Shown: positions 20,493 through 30,259, counted from the first letter of the stretch. The stretch: 64,000 bases of DNA from an uncultured Chthonomonadaceae bacterium (GCA_963817895.1 CAWFQB010000001.1:576001-640000), one strand, 5' to 3'. Program-made: numbers and translations. Notes: a model not told the origin generated them from the sequence alone.

Positions 20493-21035
20493 ATGACGAC
20501 ACCAAAGAAGCAATTCAACATTTACCTTGAGCCACAGCTCATCGCCGCCGCGAAATACCGCGCCCTTGACGAACAGCTTTCCCTGTCGGACCTGGTTGCT
20601 AAAATCCTTGCAGCTTACCTGCAACAACCCATTATGGAGGAACACGCGATGAACAACGCCGCTCCCACTCTGAAACTTCAGCCGATGGTTCATGTGGAAG
20701 ATATGGCCGCTTCAATCCGCTTCTACGAAGCGCTTGGCGGCACTCTACTCACCCGGAGCCGAGACAGCGATTGGGCGCAAATCGCGCTTGGCGGGGCGGA
20801 GATCGGGCTTCTGGCGCATCCGCCCAATCCTGAACAACAGGAAGGGCTGGTTGAACTCAGTTTTGAAGCCGGGGAACCGCTGGACGCCCTGCAAACGCAG
20901 TTGGAAGCAGCGGGGGTAAAGATCGTTCGTGGCGCGGCAGACGAAGCGTTTGGAGCGCAGTTGCAGGTCGCAACGCCGGACGGACTGCTGATAAAAATCA
21001 ATTACCTTGACCTGGCTACCTTTGCCAAATCGTAG
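20493..21035 (+). CDS. CopG/RHH DNA-binding domain fused to a VOC (glyoxalase) domain
   Basis: KKQFNIYL..LSLSDLVAKILAAYL, then VHVEDMAASIRFYEALG...PDGLLI. Confidence 0.8.
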   Translation: MTTPKKQFNIYLEPQLIAAAKYRALDEQLSLSDLVAKILAAYLQQPIMEEHAMNNAAPTLKLQPMVHVEDMAASIRFYEALGGTLLTRSRDSDWAQIALGGAEIGLLAHPPNPEQQEGLVELSFEAGEPLDALQTQLEAAGVKIVRGAADEAFGAQLQVATPDGLLIKINYLDLATFAKS

Positions 21036-21077
21036 CCAACAGCAAACAACCCTGAAGAACTTTATATGGAGGCCCCG

Positions 21078-21446
21078 ATGACGACTGACCAGGAACTGTT
21101 GACTGCCGCTTACCGCGCGTTCAACACCCGCGACCTTGAAGCCGCGTTAGCAACCATGCGCCCCGAAGTGGAATGGCCCAACACGATGGAGGGCGGCTAC
21201 GTTCATGGGCATGACGGGGTACGCGCCTACTGGACCAGGCAGTGGAACCTGGTTGCCCCCCATGTCGAACCTCTCCGGTTTGCAACGGACGCGAACGGGC
21301 GCATCGTAATTGATGTACATCAAGTGGTGCATGATCTGGAAGGCCATCTGCTCGAAGACCTGATGGTTCAGCACATCTATCAAATGGAAGAGGGTTTGAT
21401 CCGCCGCATGGAAATGGGGGAAGACAGACGCATGGCAGTCGGTTGA
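21078..21446 (+). CDS. SnoaL/NTF2-like protein
   Basis: YRAFNTRDLEAALA..VEWPN..GHDGVRAYW. Confidence 0.85.
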   Translation: MTTDQELLTAAYRAFNTRDLEAALATMRPEVEWPNTMEGGYVHGHDGVRAYWTRQWNLVAPHVEPLRFATDANGRIVIDVHQVVHDLEGHLLEDLMVQHIYQMEEGLIRRMEMGEDRRMAVG

Positions 21447-21657
21447 GATTGAGTAGAGTCTGAAAGAGTGATGTTTAGAACTATTGGCCCATGGTTTTTG
21501 CATTATACTGCGCTACAATGCTGCGGTATCTGGCAATGGGCGTTGGGCCGGGGGGTTGTGGCTTTCCTGACGCTCCGCTTCTGGCGTTGAATTGGAGCCG
21601 TCTCGGCTCGGGCCTCTAAGCCGGACTCTATCCCGATCCGAGTCGCGCAAATGGCAA

Positions 21658-22074
21658 TTACGAGTTCGGTGGCGAACCGGCAAGGTTAGAAAGGTTGTCC
21701 GGGGCATTAAGCTCCGTGTGCAATCGGCGCGCGTTTGCAAGCAGATACAGGCCGATCAGGATACTGATGATTGGTATGATTTGAAGCGAACCGGTTCCGG
21801 CCAGCGCGTGAAACACGGACTCCGCGAGCGCAAGTCCGTTGATACCAACGAGCGTCCAGAGAACCCCCTTCACGAAGCCTATGTCCGAACGCAGTTTGGT
21901 GGGAAGCGTCGCGCCGAGATAAAACACAACCACACCGAGCGCCAGCCCCAAAAATCCAACCGCCCGATCCAGAAGGGGCAATCGCGTCTCGCTCATCACA
22001 AGAAGATTGGAGAGTATGCCGATGACACTCACCAGGTAGAGATAAATGCGAAATGAACGAACGGTTTCTTTCAT
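21658..22074 (-). CDS. Four-TM hypothetical membrane protein
   Basis: Four hydrophobic segments and an RBS. Confidence 0.65.
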   Translation of the reverse strand: MKETVRSFRIYLYLVSVIGILSNLLVMSETRLPLLDRAVGFLGLALGVVVFYLGATLPTKLRSDIGFVKGVLWTLVGINGLALAESVFHALAGTGSLQIIPIISILIGLYLLANARRLHTELNAPDNLSNLAGSPPNS

Positions 22075-22205
22075 GTCCTAACCTCTTTCCAAGTATTTCA
22101 AAAAATTACTGTCATCTGCGCTAACGCTTAGTCGGAGTATGAATAAAGAAGAGCCTTAACCTCAAGACGGAGGGCAAGTTTGTGGTGGAAATCATCCGTG
22201 TACAT

Positions 22206-22248
22206 GCCCCTTCTCCCAAAGTTGGGAGAAGGGGCAGGGGGTGAGAGT
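22206..22248. repeat. REP-like palindrome
   Basis: GCCCCTTCTCCCAA-AG-TTGGGAGAAGGGGC with a G-rich tail; a second copy lies at 26396-26438. Confidence 0.75.
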
Positions 22249-22251
22249 CAA

Positions 22252-22968
22252 CTACATGCCGCCGCCGAGAAAGAAAAGCATCCGCAGGAACTTGGGGTCT
22301 TCCAGCGCGTCGTCAAATGCCTGCGCCTCTTTGCCCTTGTACTTTCCGGCCATCCAGCCCTTCACAGTGGGCGAGTTGGCTCCGGGGATCAGGTCCGTTA
22401 AAGAATCGCCGTCCTTTTTGCCGCCGGACTTGTTTTCGGCGGCTTTGTCGCCATCCTTTGCTTCCCCGCTTGTCGCGTCTTTGTCGCCCGACTTCAGCAG
22501 GCCCGCGAGATCGCCATCATCTTCGCCATCATTGAGAAACAGGCTCAGGAGGCTTCCCACATCCGCCCAACTGTCCTCCTCGGCCTTCGGTTTGTCCTTT
22601 GTGTTATCTTTTGGGCTGTCTTTTGTTGTCGGTTTGGCCGCGCTGTTTGTTGCCGTCTCGGTAGCCAGATCAGGCGTATCACCGGCAACCGAAGTTTCAG
22701 GCGCGTTCTTGACGGACGCAGGTTTGTCCGGCGCGTCCGGCGACTTTTCCGCGCCGACAGCGGCTGCTTTAACGCCGTTCCGCGCGTTCGGCTCTGCCCC
22801 TGCGATCTCTCTTTGCGCGACGGCCTGCACTTTTTGCGCGCCGCTCAATGTACTGTCCACCACGTCACTCGCCACATTCAGGGCGCTATTAATCAGCCAG
22901 ATGCCGCCGACGATCACGACGCCCAGGAGGGCCGCCAGCGCCAGCAACACTTTGCGAAAACGTTTCAT
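22252..22968 (-). CDS. Membrane-anchored low-complexity hypothetical protein
   Basis: N-terminal TM helix and an Ala/Lys/Asp-rich disordered body. Confidence 0.6.
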   Translation of the reverse strand: MKRFRKVLLALAALLGVVIVGGIWLINSALNVASDVVDSTLSGAQKVQAVAQREIAGAEPNARNGVKAAAVGAEKSPDAPDKPASVKNAPETSVAGDTPDLATETATNSAAKPTTKDSPKDNTKDKPKAEEDSWADVGSLLSLFLNDGEDDGDLAGLLKSGDKDATSGEAKDGDKAAENKSGGKKDGDSLTDLIPGANSPTVKGWMAGKYKGKEAQAFDDALEDPKFLRMLFFLGGGM

Positions 22969-23106
22969 GTAGTTTTGTCTCCACGCTTCTGCGCACAATT
23001 GCTTTGTATCAACCATCAGACGGATTCCACGCCGTCAGGTTCCAAAAGTGTAGAGCGTCGCTTTGCGCATGGAAACAATTCGCGTGTATTCGCGGCTAAC
23101 TCTGAC

Positions 23107-24303
23107 TCAAAGATGTTTTTGCAGGAACTCCCAGGCGGGCGCGTCGAAGAATTCGTGGCCGCCCTCGAACACCTGAAACTGAAACTCCTCGCTGCGTCCA
23201 AGACGCTTGTAATAGTTGGCGGCAAGGGGAGCCTGCCGGACGCCGGGGTCGCGGTGGTCGGTGTCGTCATGCGTTCCGGCCTGTATTTGCAGGGCGCGGG
23301 GACAAATCAACGCGACGATTTCCGGGTCGCGCAACAGGGTGAAGCGATCCTTGAACTTGAAGTCGGAGGGTACACTCAGTTCGTCGCGCTCGTAACGGCC
23401 CTCCTGAACGCCGAAGTAGCAGCTCGATACCGCCACTTTGATGCGCGGTTCCAGCGCGGGCGTGACCAGCGCGTAATAGCCGCCATACGACAATCCCACC
23501 ATCGCGATCCGTTTCGCGTCCACTTCGGGGCGCTTGCACAGCACATCCAGACTGCGCGTGATTTTGGCGATTTCAACCGCTGTCAGACTGGTTCCGACTA
23601 GCCGCAGGCGCTCATCCATCTGATTGCGGACATTGTCGGGATAGCCCTGCGCGTTAAACAGATGCGTGGGCGCGAAGACCACATAGCCATGCTTTACCCC
23701 GCCCCGCACCATGTCGTGATAGTTCGCGCCGCCGTGAAACAGGGCCACTTCGGGCGACCCGCCCCCGCCGTGCATGGCAATTACAAGCGGCGCGCGGCCT
23801 TTTAAGCCTTTTGGCACGATGTAAACGCCGACGGAATGGACGCCGGACAGAATGGGAATGGACACGCGATAATATGTGCCGAGCGCGTCCTGCCCGATCT
23901 GTTTGAATTCCGGGGTTTCGTTTGCGGGCGGCTGTCCGGGCGGCGGGTAGCCGATGCTGTCGGCAAACGCCTGCCGCAGTTTGCGGGTGGACGCTTCATA
24001 AGCGCGGGGCGAACTGTAGTCCGGCGTGAACAGATGGTTCAGGCGCACGGTATCGCCTTTTGATTTCAGAATGTAAGCGTCCAGTTCCCGCGCCTGTTCG
24101 CTGCGAATGGGATTGGAAGCGGATACTTCTTCCTCATACAAGGGCGGGCTTCCATTCGGCTTTGCATCCTGCGCGGACAGCAGGGAGAAGGATGAAGGAT
24201 GAAGGATGAAGGATGAAGTATCCTGCGCGGACAGAGCGCGGCAGGCAAGCAGAGAGAATACAGGAACGCACAGCGCGAAAACGCGGCGAAGATGTGGCAG
24301 CAT
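23107..24303 (-). CDS. Secreted alpha/beta hydrolase (dienelactone hydrolase-like)
   Basis: HGGGG, nucleophile elbow GLSYGG and C-terminal GGHEF. Confidence 0.88.
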   Translation of the reverse strand: MLPHLRRVFALCVPVFSLLACRALSAQDTSSFILHPSSFSLLSAQDAKPNGSPPLYEEEVSASNPIRSEQARELDAYILKSKGDTVRLNHLFTPDYSSPRAYEASTRKLRQAFADSIGYPPPGQPPANETPEFKQIGQDALGTYYRVSIPILSGVHSVGVYIVPKGLKGRAPLVIAMHGGGGSPEVALFHGGANYHDMVRGGVKHGYVVFAPTHLFNAQGYPDNVRNQMDERLRLVGTSLTAVEIAKITRSLDVLCKRPEVDAKRIAMVGLSYGGYYALVTPALEPRIKVAVSSCYFGVQEGRYERDELSVPSDFKFKDRFTLLRDPEIVALICPRALQIQAGTHDDTDHRDPGVRQAPLAANYYKRLGRSEEFQFQVFEGGHEFFDAPAWEFLQKHL

Positions 24304-24717
24304 GACTATTTTATTCCTTTCCAGCTATCTTTATGCGGATGAACAGTATCTGTATATTGTTGTTGCGGCTTGCTTTCTCCTGCCGTCCAATCCTTCTTTA
24401 GCAGCCGCGCGGGTGGAAACGATAAGGCGGTGGAAGCGTTTGAAGGCGCAGCTGTAGAAGCCGCGAAAAAAGAATGTAAATTGGGTGAAACCAATGGGGC
24501 TTGTGAAGTGTCTATATAAGTGAAGATGCGCGATGCAGCATTTTCTGGCAAACACAGACACTGCGGGCAAACGAAACCTGCTCAATCTTCCGTATACAAG
24601 CAGTGCGCCATTATCAACCAGCAAGCCAGGGATGTAAGAAAACCGATAGGGGTTGTTTTCATATGCAGATAATCTGGTGGAGAGTTCGGGCCGCGCAATC
24701 GGGCCGCGTTCTGAGGA

Positions 24718-24819
24718 GCGCGCGCATAACGTAATCCTGTCGGGGTATAACCCCGTCAGCAGGACGTTTATTGTGTCGCGCCCGCCATCGGAACCCCTGT
24801 TCCCGGCGGGTTTTGTTTT
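24718..24819 (+). ncRNA. Candidate structured RNA followed by an intrinsic terminator
   Basis: Long irregular hairpin at 24718-24781, then CCCGCC..GGAAC/GTTCC..GGCGGG and TTTTGTTTT. Confidence 0.4.
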
Positions 24820-25127
24820 GGAAGCGAAATTTTGAATACGCGCGAGCGTTTCGGAGAAAGAACGTTCGAGGCGAGAACCACCGTATGTATGAACGCGGCT
24901 ATGCGGGATGTCACAAAATCAACCGACAGACGTTCATAAAAAGCAGGAAAAACTACGGTCGAGCAGCCGGGTATTTTCCGGAATCGCAAAGGAAATCTTA
25001 GTGAATACTATATGCCATTTTGATCGAGCAGACGAAGCCCGTCGCGCGGGCAAGAACGCGAACGCGCCGAAGAGCGACGCGGTTCGCGTGAGAATTGGAA
25101 AGAGGGCGCAGAAAGGGGACGAGGCCA

Positions 25128-25426
25128 TGACTGCCATGTTGATGGAACGGAAGTGTCAGATCAGTCAGAGAGAACAGCGGAGCCAGAACCGCGAACAGAC
25201 CCGTGAGGAAGCGGTGGAGCGGCTGGTGCATCTGCTGGAAGTGAATACGCTGGAATACGCGCATCTGCACAGCGAAAGCGCGCTGGAACTGGAAAGCGAT
25301 GTCGAATTGAGCAGCATGGCTCGCCTGAGCGCGGCCCACGCCGCTTACGCGCTGGCGGACGGCAGCAAGATGCGCCGCATCAGTCCGGGCGCCTGGCTGC
25401 ACGAGCGCCACGCGCAGCCCGAGTAA
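25128..25426 (+). CDS. Small helical hypothetical protein
   Basis: GAGG RBS, host-like codon usage and a downstream terminator. Confidence 0.6.
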
Positions 25427-25490
25427 GCATTGCGCAGGGTATTCAGGTGTTCGGGCAAAATTGAGGCCCTGTCATTTTCATCTCTATAAC

Positions 25491-25520
25491 AAAGCCCCGT
25501 CAGGAATGATGGGGCTTTTT
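25491..25520. terminator. Intrinsic terminator
   Basis: AAAGCCCCGTCA-GGAA-TGATGGGGCTTTTT. Confidence 0.85.
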
Positions 25521-25637
25521 CACGTTGAAAACAATCCTCCGCGCTTTCCCCTTTTCATAACCTGTACAGAGTAGCAAGGGTATCAATACCACATTCGGGC
25601 ATGAACCTGTACCGGCTGACAAAGGAGAAAATGAACC

Positions 25638-26367
25638 ATGTGCAATGCAAGCATCCCGTTGACAAACGTCGTAGAGAATGAGGTACTGCAATTGATGCAG
25701 GCGAAGAACAGTTTCACCGCGCTGGACGTTTCCAACGCGCTGAAAACCGCGAAGTATCCTGTCCGGCATCGCGAGGTGGCAGAAGTGGTGCGCGACATTT
25801 ACAATTCCGGCGCAATGGCGTATTATGACTATGGCCGGCAGTTGATGGACGTGACAACGGACGGCGGAACCAAAACCGCGCAGGCGTATTTGTACCATCA
25901 TCAGACGGCGCGAATTTCCGATTATGCCGGTTTGAGTCAAAGACGCCCTGCCGCCCGTTCCCGCGAATCAGGCGCGTGACCTGTCCGACTGCGTAGCCGC
26001 CGATCCGCTCGGCCTGCTGAAACGTTCGCCCACAGTAGCCGCCGCCCGCAACCGCAGCAGTCATTCCACTGCGCCGCGCTTCACAACCGGGCGACAGGAT
26101 GGCGCGTTGGCGATTTCAAGCCGCATCATCGCGCAGCTTGGCTGGACGGACGGCGAATTGCTGACCGTTCGCGCCGAACAGGGTAAACTGATTGTGGAGG
26201 CGTCCGCGCCCATCGCCCCCGTCAGTCAAAAAACGCCGGTTGCCCGCGTGTGGAGCGGCAGGCGAGTTCGCATTTGTAAAACCAAACTGCGCCTGTCCGC
26301 GCTTGCCGCCGATGGCGTGACGGTATCGGTAGACGGCAGCAGCCTGTGCATTGCCGCCCGTCCGTAA
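25638..26367 (+). CDS. Hypothetical protein with C-terminal AbrB-like domain, +1 frameshift at ~25940
   Basis: AAGGAG RBS; the frames join across an aaa run; DGALAISSRIIAQLGWTDGELLTVRAEQGKLIV is AbrB-like. Confidence 0.6.
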
Positions 26368-26395
26368 GGGTTGCGCATCGTTCATTTCAAATACT

Positions 26396-26438
26396 CCCCT
26401 TCTACCAACTTTGGGAGAAGGGGTTGGGGGTTGAGGGC
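26396..26438. repeat. REP-like palindrome, second copy
   Basis: CCCCTTCTACCAA-CT-TTGGGAGAAGGGG followed by ttgggggttgagggc. Confidence 0.7.
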
Positions 26439-26468
26439 TACTCCGCCCATAACAAAGGAAACATCCTC

Positions 26469-27002
26469 ATGCAAATGAAACCGTTTGCGCAGAATTTTTG
26501 GGTGAAGCCGGGACTGCTTTGCGCGGGACAGTATCCGGGCGCGGTTTCTGAGGAGGAGCGGGAAGCGAAGATACGCGGGCTGGTGGCATGTGGCATCCGG
26601 CGCGTCGTGAACCTGATGGAAGAAACGGAAACCGGCTGGAACAAAAAGACATTCATTCCCTACGCGGCGCAACTGACGGAAGCGGCAGACGCTCAGGGCA
26701 TACAGGTGGAGTGCCTGCGCTTTCCCATCCGCGACGCCTGGGTTCCCAACCATGCCGACATGAAGCGCATACTGGATACCATTGACGAGTCCGTTCAGGC
26801 CAACACTCCCACCTACGTACACTGCTGGGGCGGGCATGGGCGCACAAGCACGGTCATCGGCTGCTGGCTGGTTCGGCACGGGATGACCGGAAAGGAAGCC
26901 ATCGCGCAAATTGAAGACTGGCGCAAAGACCTGCCCAAACACCATTACCCGCTGGAAGACGAGCAAGAACACTTTATTTTGTGCTGGACAGCAGGAGAAT
27001 AA
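26469..27002 (+). CDS. Dual-specificity/PTP-like phosphatase
   Basis: CX5R motif HCWGGHGRT and FPIRD loop. Confidence 0.92.
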   Translation: MQMKPFAQNFWVKPGLLCAGQYPGAVSEEEREAKIRGLVACGIRRVVNLMEETETGWNKKTFIPYAAQLTEAADAQGIQVECLRFPIRDAWVPNHADMKRILDTIDESVQANTPTYVHCWGGHGRTSTVIGCWLVRHGMTGKEAIAQIEDWRKDLPKHHYPLEDEQEHFILCWTAGE

Positions 27003-27041
27003 TCCTACGTTGCCTAATATCGGAACAGCCGCTTCGCAAGA

Positions 27042-27114
27042 GGAATGATAGCTCAATCAGAAGAGCGCGTTGACGACATCAACGATGTTACGGGTGCAAT
27101 TCCCGTTCATTCCA
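27042..27114 (+). tRNA. Non-canonical tRNA-like element, anticodon position reads GAC (Val)
   Basis: Stems GGAATGA/TCATTCC, GCTC/GAGC, CGTTG/CAACG and ACGGG/CCCGT are all perfect. Loops are atypical (AATCAGAA, ACGACAT, TGCAATT). No encoded CCA. Confidence 0.8.
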
Positions 27115-27138
27115 CTCCCGACCCCGAAGCGGCCATAC

Positions 27139-27211
27139 GGGGATCGTAGCTTAAACGGAAGAGCGCGGCAAACAGTTCCGAGGCTGAAGGTTCGATCCCT
27201 TCCGGTCCCCA
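27139..27211 (+). ncRNA. tRNA-like element with a shrunken anticodon arm
   Basis: Acceptor GGGGATCG/CGGTCCCC, D arm GCTT/GAGC, canonical T arm GAAGG-TTCGATC-CCTTC; the anticodon arm is only CGG-CAAACAGTT-CCG. Confidence 0.8.
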
Positions 27212-27216
27212 CAAAT

Positions 27217-27277
27217 GTAGGGGGTAGGGAGTGGGGAGTAGAAAACACCCTATTCCCTACTCCCCACTCCCTATCCA
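27217..27277. repeat. Inverted GGGAGT heptamer clusters
   Basis: gtagggggtagggagtggggagtag followed by ccctattccctactccccactccctat. Confidence 0.8.
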
Positions 27278-27287
27278 CCTGAAATTT

Positions 27288-28715
27288 ATGGACATACCCC
27301 CGCAGGAACTGGAAATTTGCCTGAATGTGTTACAGCGCGTGGCGGACGATCCGGCCATGATCGATGACCATGCGCGGATGAAGGCGCTGATCGCCAAAAT
27401 CCACAAGACGGGCAAAAAAGGCGAACGACTGGCAGGGCGCGGCACGGAACGCGAGGCAGACCGGCAGGCGAAAGCAGAAACGGAACTGGTGCGGGCGCAA
27501 AGCGGGCAAGGCCAGTTCAGGCGATTGCCTGCGCCCCTGCCGTCTGTCGAACCTGCCGAACCGAACGCCACTTCTCCGAACACGCTTCACAAAGCGACGC
27601 GCTGCTATATCTGCAAACAGATGTACGCGCAACTTCACTTCTTTTATCATCTGCTGTGTCCCGATTGCGCCGCGCTCAACTACGCGAAACGGATGCAGCG
27701 GGCCGACCTGACCGGGCGAATCGCGCTGGTCACGGGCGGGCGTATCAAAATCGGCTATCAAACCGTTTTGCGCCTGCTGCGGGATGGCGCGACCGTTCAT
27801 GTCACCACGCGTTTTGCCCACGACGCGCGGGAACGTTTCCAAAAGGAACCGGATTGGGACGAGTGGCAATCTCGCCTGCACGTTTACGCGCTGGATTTGC
27901 GGCATCTTCCGAGCGTGGAAGCGTTCGCTCAACATTTGTTGAATACCCTTCCGCATTTAGATATTGTGATTCACAACGCCGCGCAAACGGTGAAGCGTCC
28001 CCTCGCCTTTTATCAGCATTTACTGCGGGAGGAACAACTCGACGAACCGCGCGAAGCGATTTCTTCACTATCGGCACAGGGGCAAAATATAATTCTTGCT
28101 CCGCAACAATCTTCCGTGCTGCTGGAGAATCAGGCGGGGTATGCTGGGCATTTGGGCGGCGATATGAGCGCGTACTTTCCGCCCGATGCGTGGGACGCGG
28201 ACGGGCAGAAATTAGATACGCGCCCCGTCAACAGTTGGGCCTTGCGCCTGCACGAAGTGAGCGCGATAGAGATGCTGGAGGTGCAGTTGGTCAACTCCGT
28301 CGCGCCGTTTCTGCTCAACAGCCAGCTCAAACCGTTGCTGCTGCGTTCGCCGTTTGCCCGCCGCTTCATCGTCAACGTGTCGGCGATGGAGGGGCAGTTC
28401 GCCCGCGAAAGCAAAACCGTGTTTCACCCGCACACGAATATGGCAAAAGCCGCGCTGAATATGATGACGCGCACATCGGCAGGGGATTACGCGCAGGACG
28501 GCATTTACATGAACAGCGTGGATACGGGTTGGATCACGGATGAGAACCCCCACGCCAAAAAAACGTACCTTCAGGAAGCCAAAGGCTTTTACACGCCGCT
28601 GGATATTCTGGACGGCATGGCCCGCATCTACGATCCCATCGCGCAGGGCGTCAACTCGCCCGATACGCCCCTGTACGGCCATTTTCTGAAAGACTACGCG
28701 CCCCATTCGTGGTAG
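27288..28715 (+). CDS. SDR oxidoreductase with N-terminal Zn-binding (CxxC..CxxC) domain
   Basis: CYICK..CPDC, TGGRIKIG, HNAAQ and atypical catalytic segment HTNMAKAA. Confidence 0.9.
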   Translation: MDIPPQELEICLNVLQRVADDPAMIDDHARMKALIAKIHKTGKKGERLAGRGTEREADRQAKAETELVRAQSGQGQFRRLPAPLPSVEPAEPNATSPNTLHKATRCYICKQMYAQLHFFYHLLCPDCAALNYAKRMQRADLTGRIALVTGGRIKIGYQTVLRLLRDGATVHVTTRFAHDARERFQKEPDWDEWQSRLHVYALDLRHLPSVEAFAQHLLNTLPHLDIVIHNAAQTVKRPLAFYQHLLREEQLDEPREAISSLSAQGQNIILAPQQSSVLLENQAGYAGHLGGDMSAYFPPDAWDADGQKLDTRPVNSWALRLHEVSAIEMLEVQLVNSVAPFLLNSQLKPLLLRSPFARRFIVNVSAMEGQFARESKTVFHPHTNMAKAALNMMTRTSAGDYAQDGIYMNSVDTGWITDENPHAKKTYLQEAKGFYTPLDILDGMARIYDPIAQGVNSPDTPLYGHFLKDYAPHSW

Positions 28716-28721
28716 TGAAAT

Positions 28722-28826
28722 CAGGTTGTCAGGTTGTTCGTTGTTAAGTTGTTAGATTCAGATTTGTATATCACGCCACCAGTACCTACAACGAACAACT
28801 TAACAACCTAACAACGAACAACCTAA
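28722..28826. repeat. Inverted GTTGTT/CAGGTT repeat clusters
   Basis: caggttgtcaggttgttcgttgttaagttgttag followed by acaacgaacaacttaacaacctaacaacgaacaacctaac. Confidence 0.85.
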
Positions 28827-28827
28827 C

Positions 28828-30060
28828 ATGACCTTATCACTGGAAGAACTGCAAAATGAGCCGGTGCGCGTCCATTGTCCGATACGGGGCGTGATTGAGA
28901 TTGCGCCGCCGGACGTGGCGGAGATTGCGCCGCTTGTCGCGCATCTACAGGCCAATCAGCCCGTTGCCGAACCGACCTCGTTCCCGCGCGGCACGGTGCT
29001 GGAAGACGGGCGGCTGGATTTGTGCAAGCAGCATTTAGGCGCGTTGGGCTGCCGCATGGTTACGGACGCGCTTACTGTCAACACGACCATTACCAGCCTG
29101 CTGCTCGGCACGGACGGAATCGGCGACGGGGGCGCAGCCGATGTTGCCCGCCTCATAGAGCGAAATACACATCTGGAAATCGTGTATTTGGGCTGCAATT
29201 TCATCAGCGAAACCGGCGCGGCAAAGTTGTCCGCATCGCTGGCGCGTAACACGTCTGTTACCGGGCTGTGGCTGAAGCGCAATCCTTTAGGAGCGAACGG
29301 CGTTCAACATGTTGCGGAGATGCTGTGGCATAACAATACTCTGCGCGTTCTGGATTTGGTCAACACGGAACTGGATGAGGAGGGATTGTCGGCAATCGTA
29401 CTGGCGCTTGTACACAAAAATTATACGCTACAGCGTTTGTATCTGGGTGGTAACGGCATTGGACCTTCGAGCGCAAAAGAACTGAGGTTCCTGTTGTGTA
29501 CGCCAACCTCCTTGAAGGCGCTGTTTCTCAACGTCAACCAATTGGAAGATGCGGGCGTCGCTATACTGGCCGAAGGACTGCAACAAAACGCCACGCTGGA
29601 AGAACTCGGCCTGGGCAGCAACAACATCGGGCCGGAAGGCATGGCAGCGCTGTTGCCTGCGCTTCGCGTCCATCCTGTTTTGAGGGATTTGGATTTGGGT
29701 TACAGCGCGTCCACACAAGTTCTCGGGGCGCAGGGAAACCACATCGGGGATGCGGGCGTGATTCAGATTGCCGAATGGCTGCGCGACAATCCGCCCTTGC
29801 GCCGCCTGAACCTGCGCGGCAACGGCATCGGGCTGGCAGGACGCGCCGCCCTTCATGCCGCGCTGGAAACCAACACCAACCTGCTGCATCTCGCGCTGGA
29901 CACCAAACACGACGCCCACACCGACAGTCTGAACGCCCTGCTGGAACGCAACCGGGCGCAAAACTCTGAAGCGGACACGCTGCTTGCCCGCGACATAACG
30001 CTGATTCGCAGCGTTTACCGCACTGTTCCGGCAGCCATTTCCGTTCCTGCCGGGGATTGA
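28828..30060 (+). CDS. RNI-like leucine-rich repeat protein (GALA-like)
   Basis: About ten 28-aa LxxLxLxxNxIxxxG repeats. Confidence 0.92.
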   Translation: MTLSLEELQNEPVRVHCPIRGVIEIAPPDVAEIAPLVAHLQANQPVAEPTSFPRGTVLEDGRLDLCKQHLGALGCRMVTDALTVNTTITSLLLGTDGIGDGGAADVARLIERNTHLEIVYLGCNFISETGAAKLSASLARNTSVTGLWLKRNPLGANGVQHVAEMLWHNNTLRVLDLVNTELDEEGLSAIVLALVHKNYTLQRLYLGGNGIGPSSAKELRFLLCTPTSLKALFLNVNQLEDAGVAILAEGLQQNATLEELGLGSNNIGPEGMAALLPALRVHPVLRDLDLGYSASTQVLGAQGNHIGDAGVIQIAEWLRDNPPLRRLNLRGNGIGLAGRAALHAALETNTNLLHLALDTKHDAHTDSLNALLERNRAQNSEADTLLARDITLIRSVYRTVPAAISVPAGD

Positions 30061-30259
30061 AAATCTCGTCGTTACCGATAAATTGACGCAACAAGTTGTG
30101 TCCCTGCGCTTCAACAATTTCCGCGTCCTTAGGACGACTGGCCGCAGGCCATGTAGACAGAGATTTTCAACCACTGGCAAGAATGTATCTGGTAGTGAAC
30201 ACGCGTACAGTAAAGGCGCGCCCGAACGGTTCGGACGCGCCTTTGTGTGCAGCAAATGT

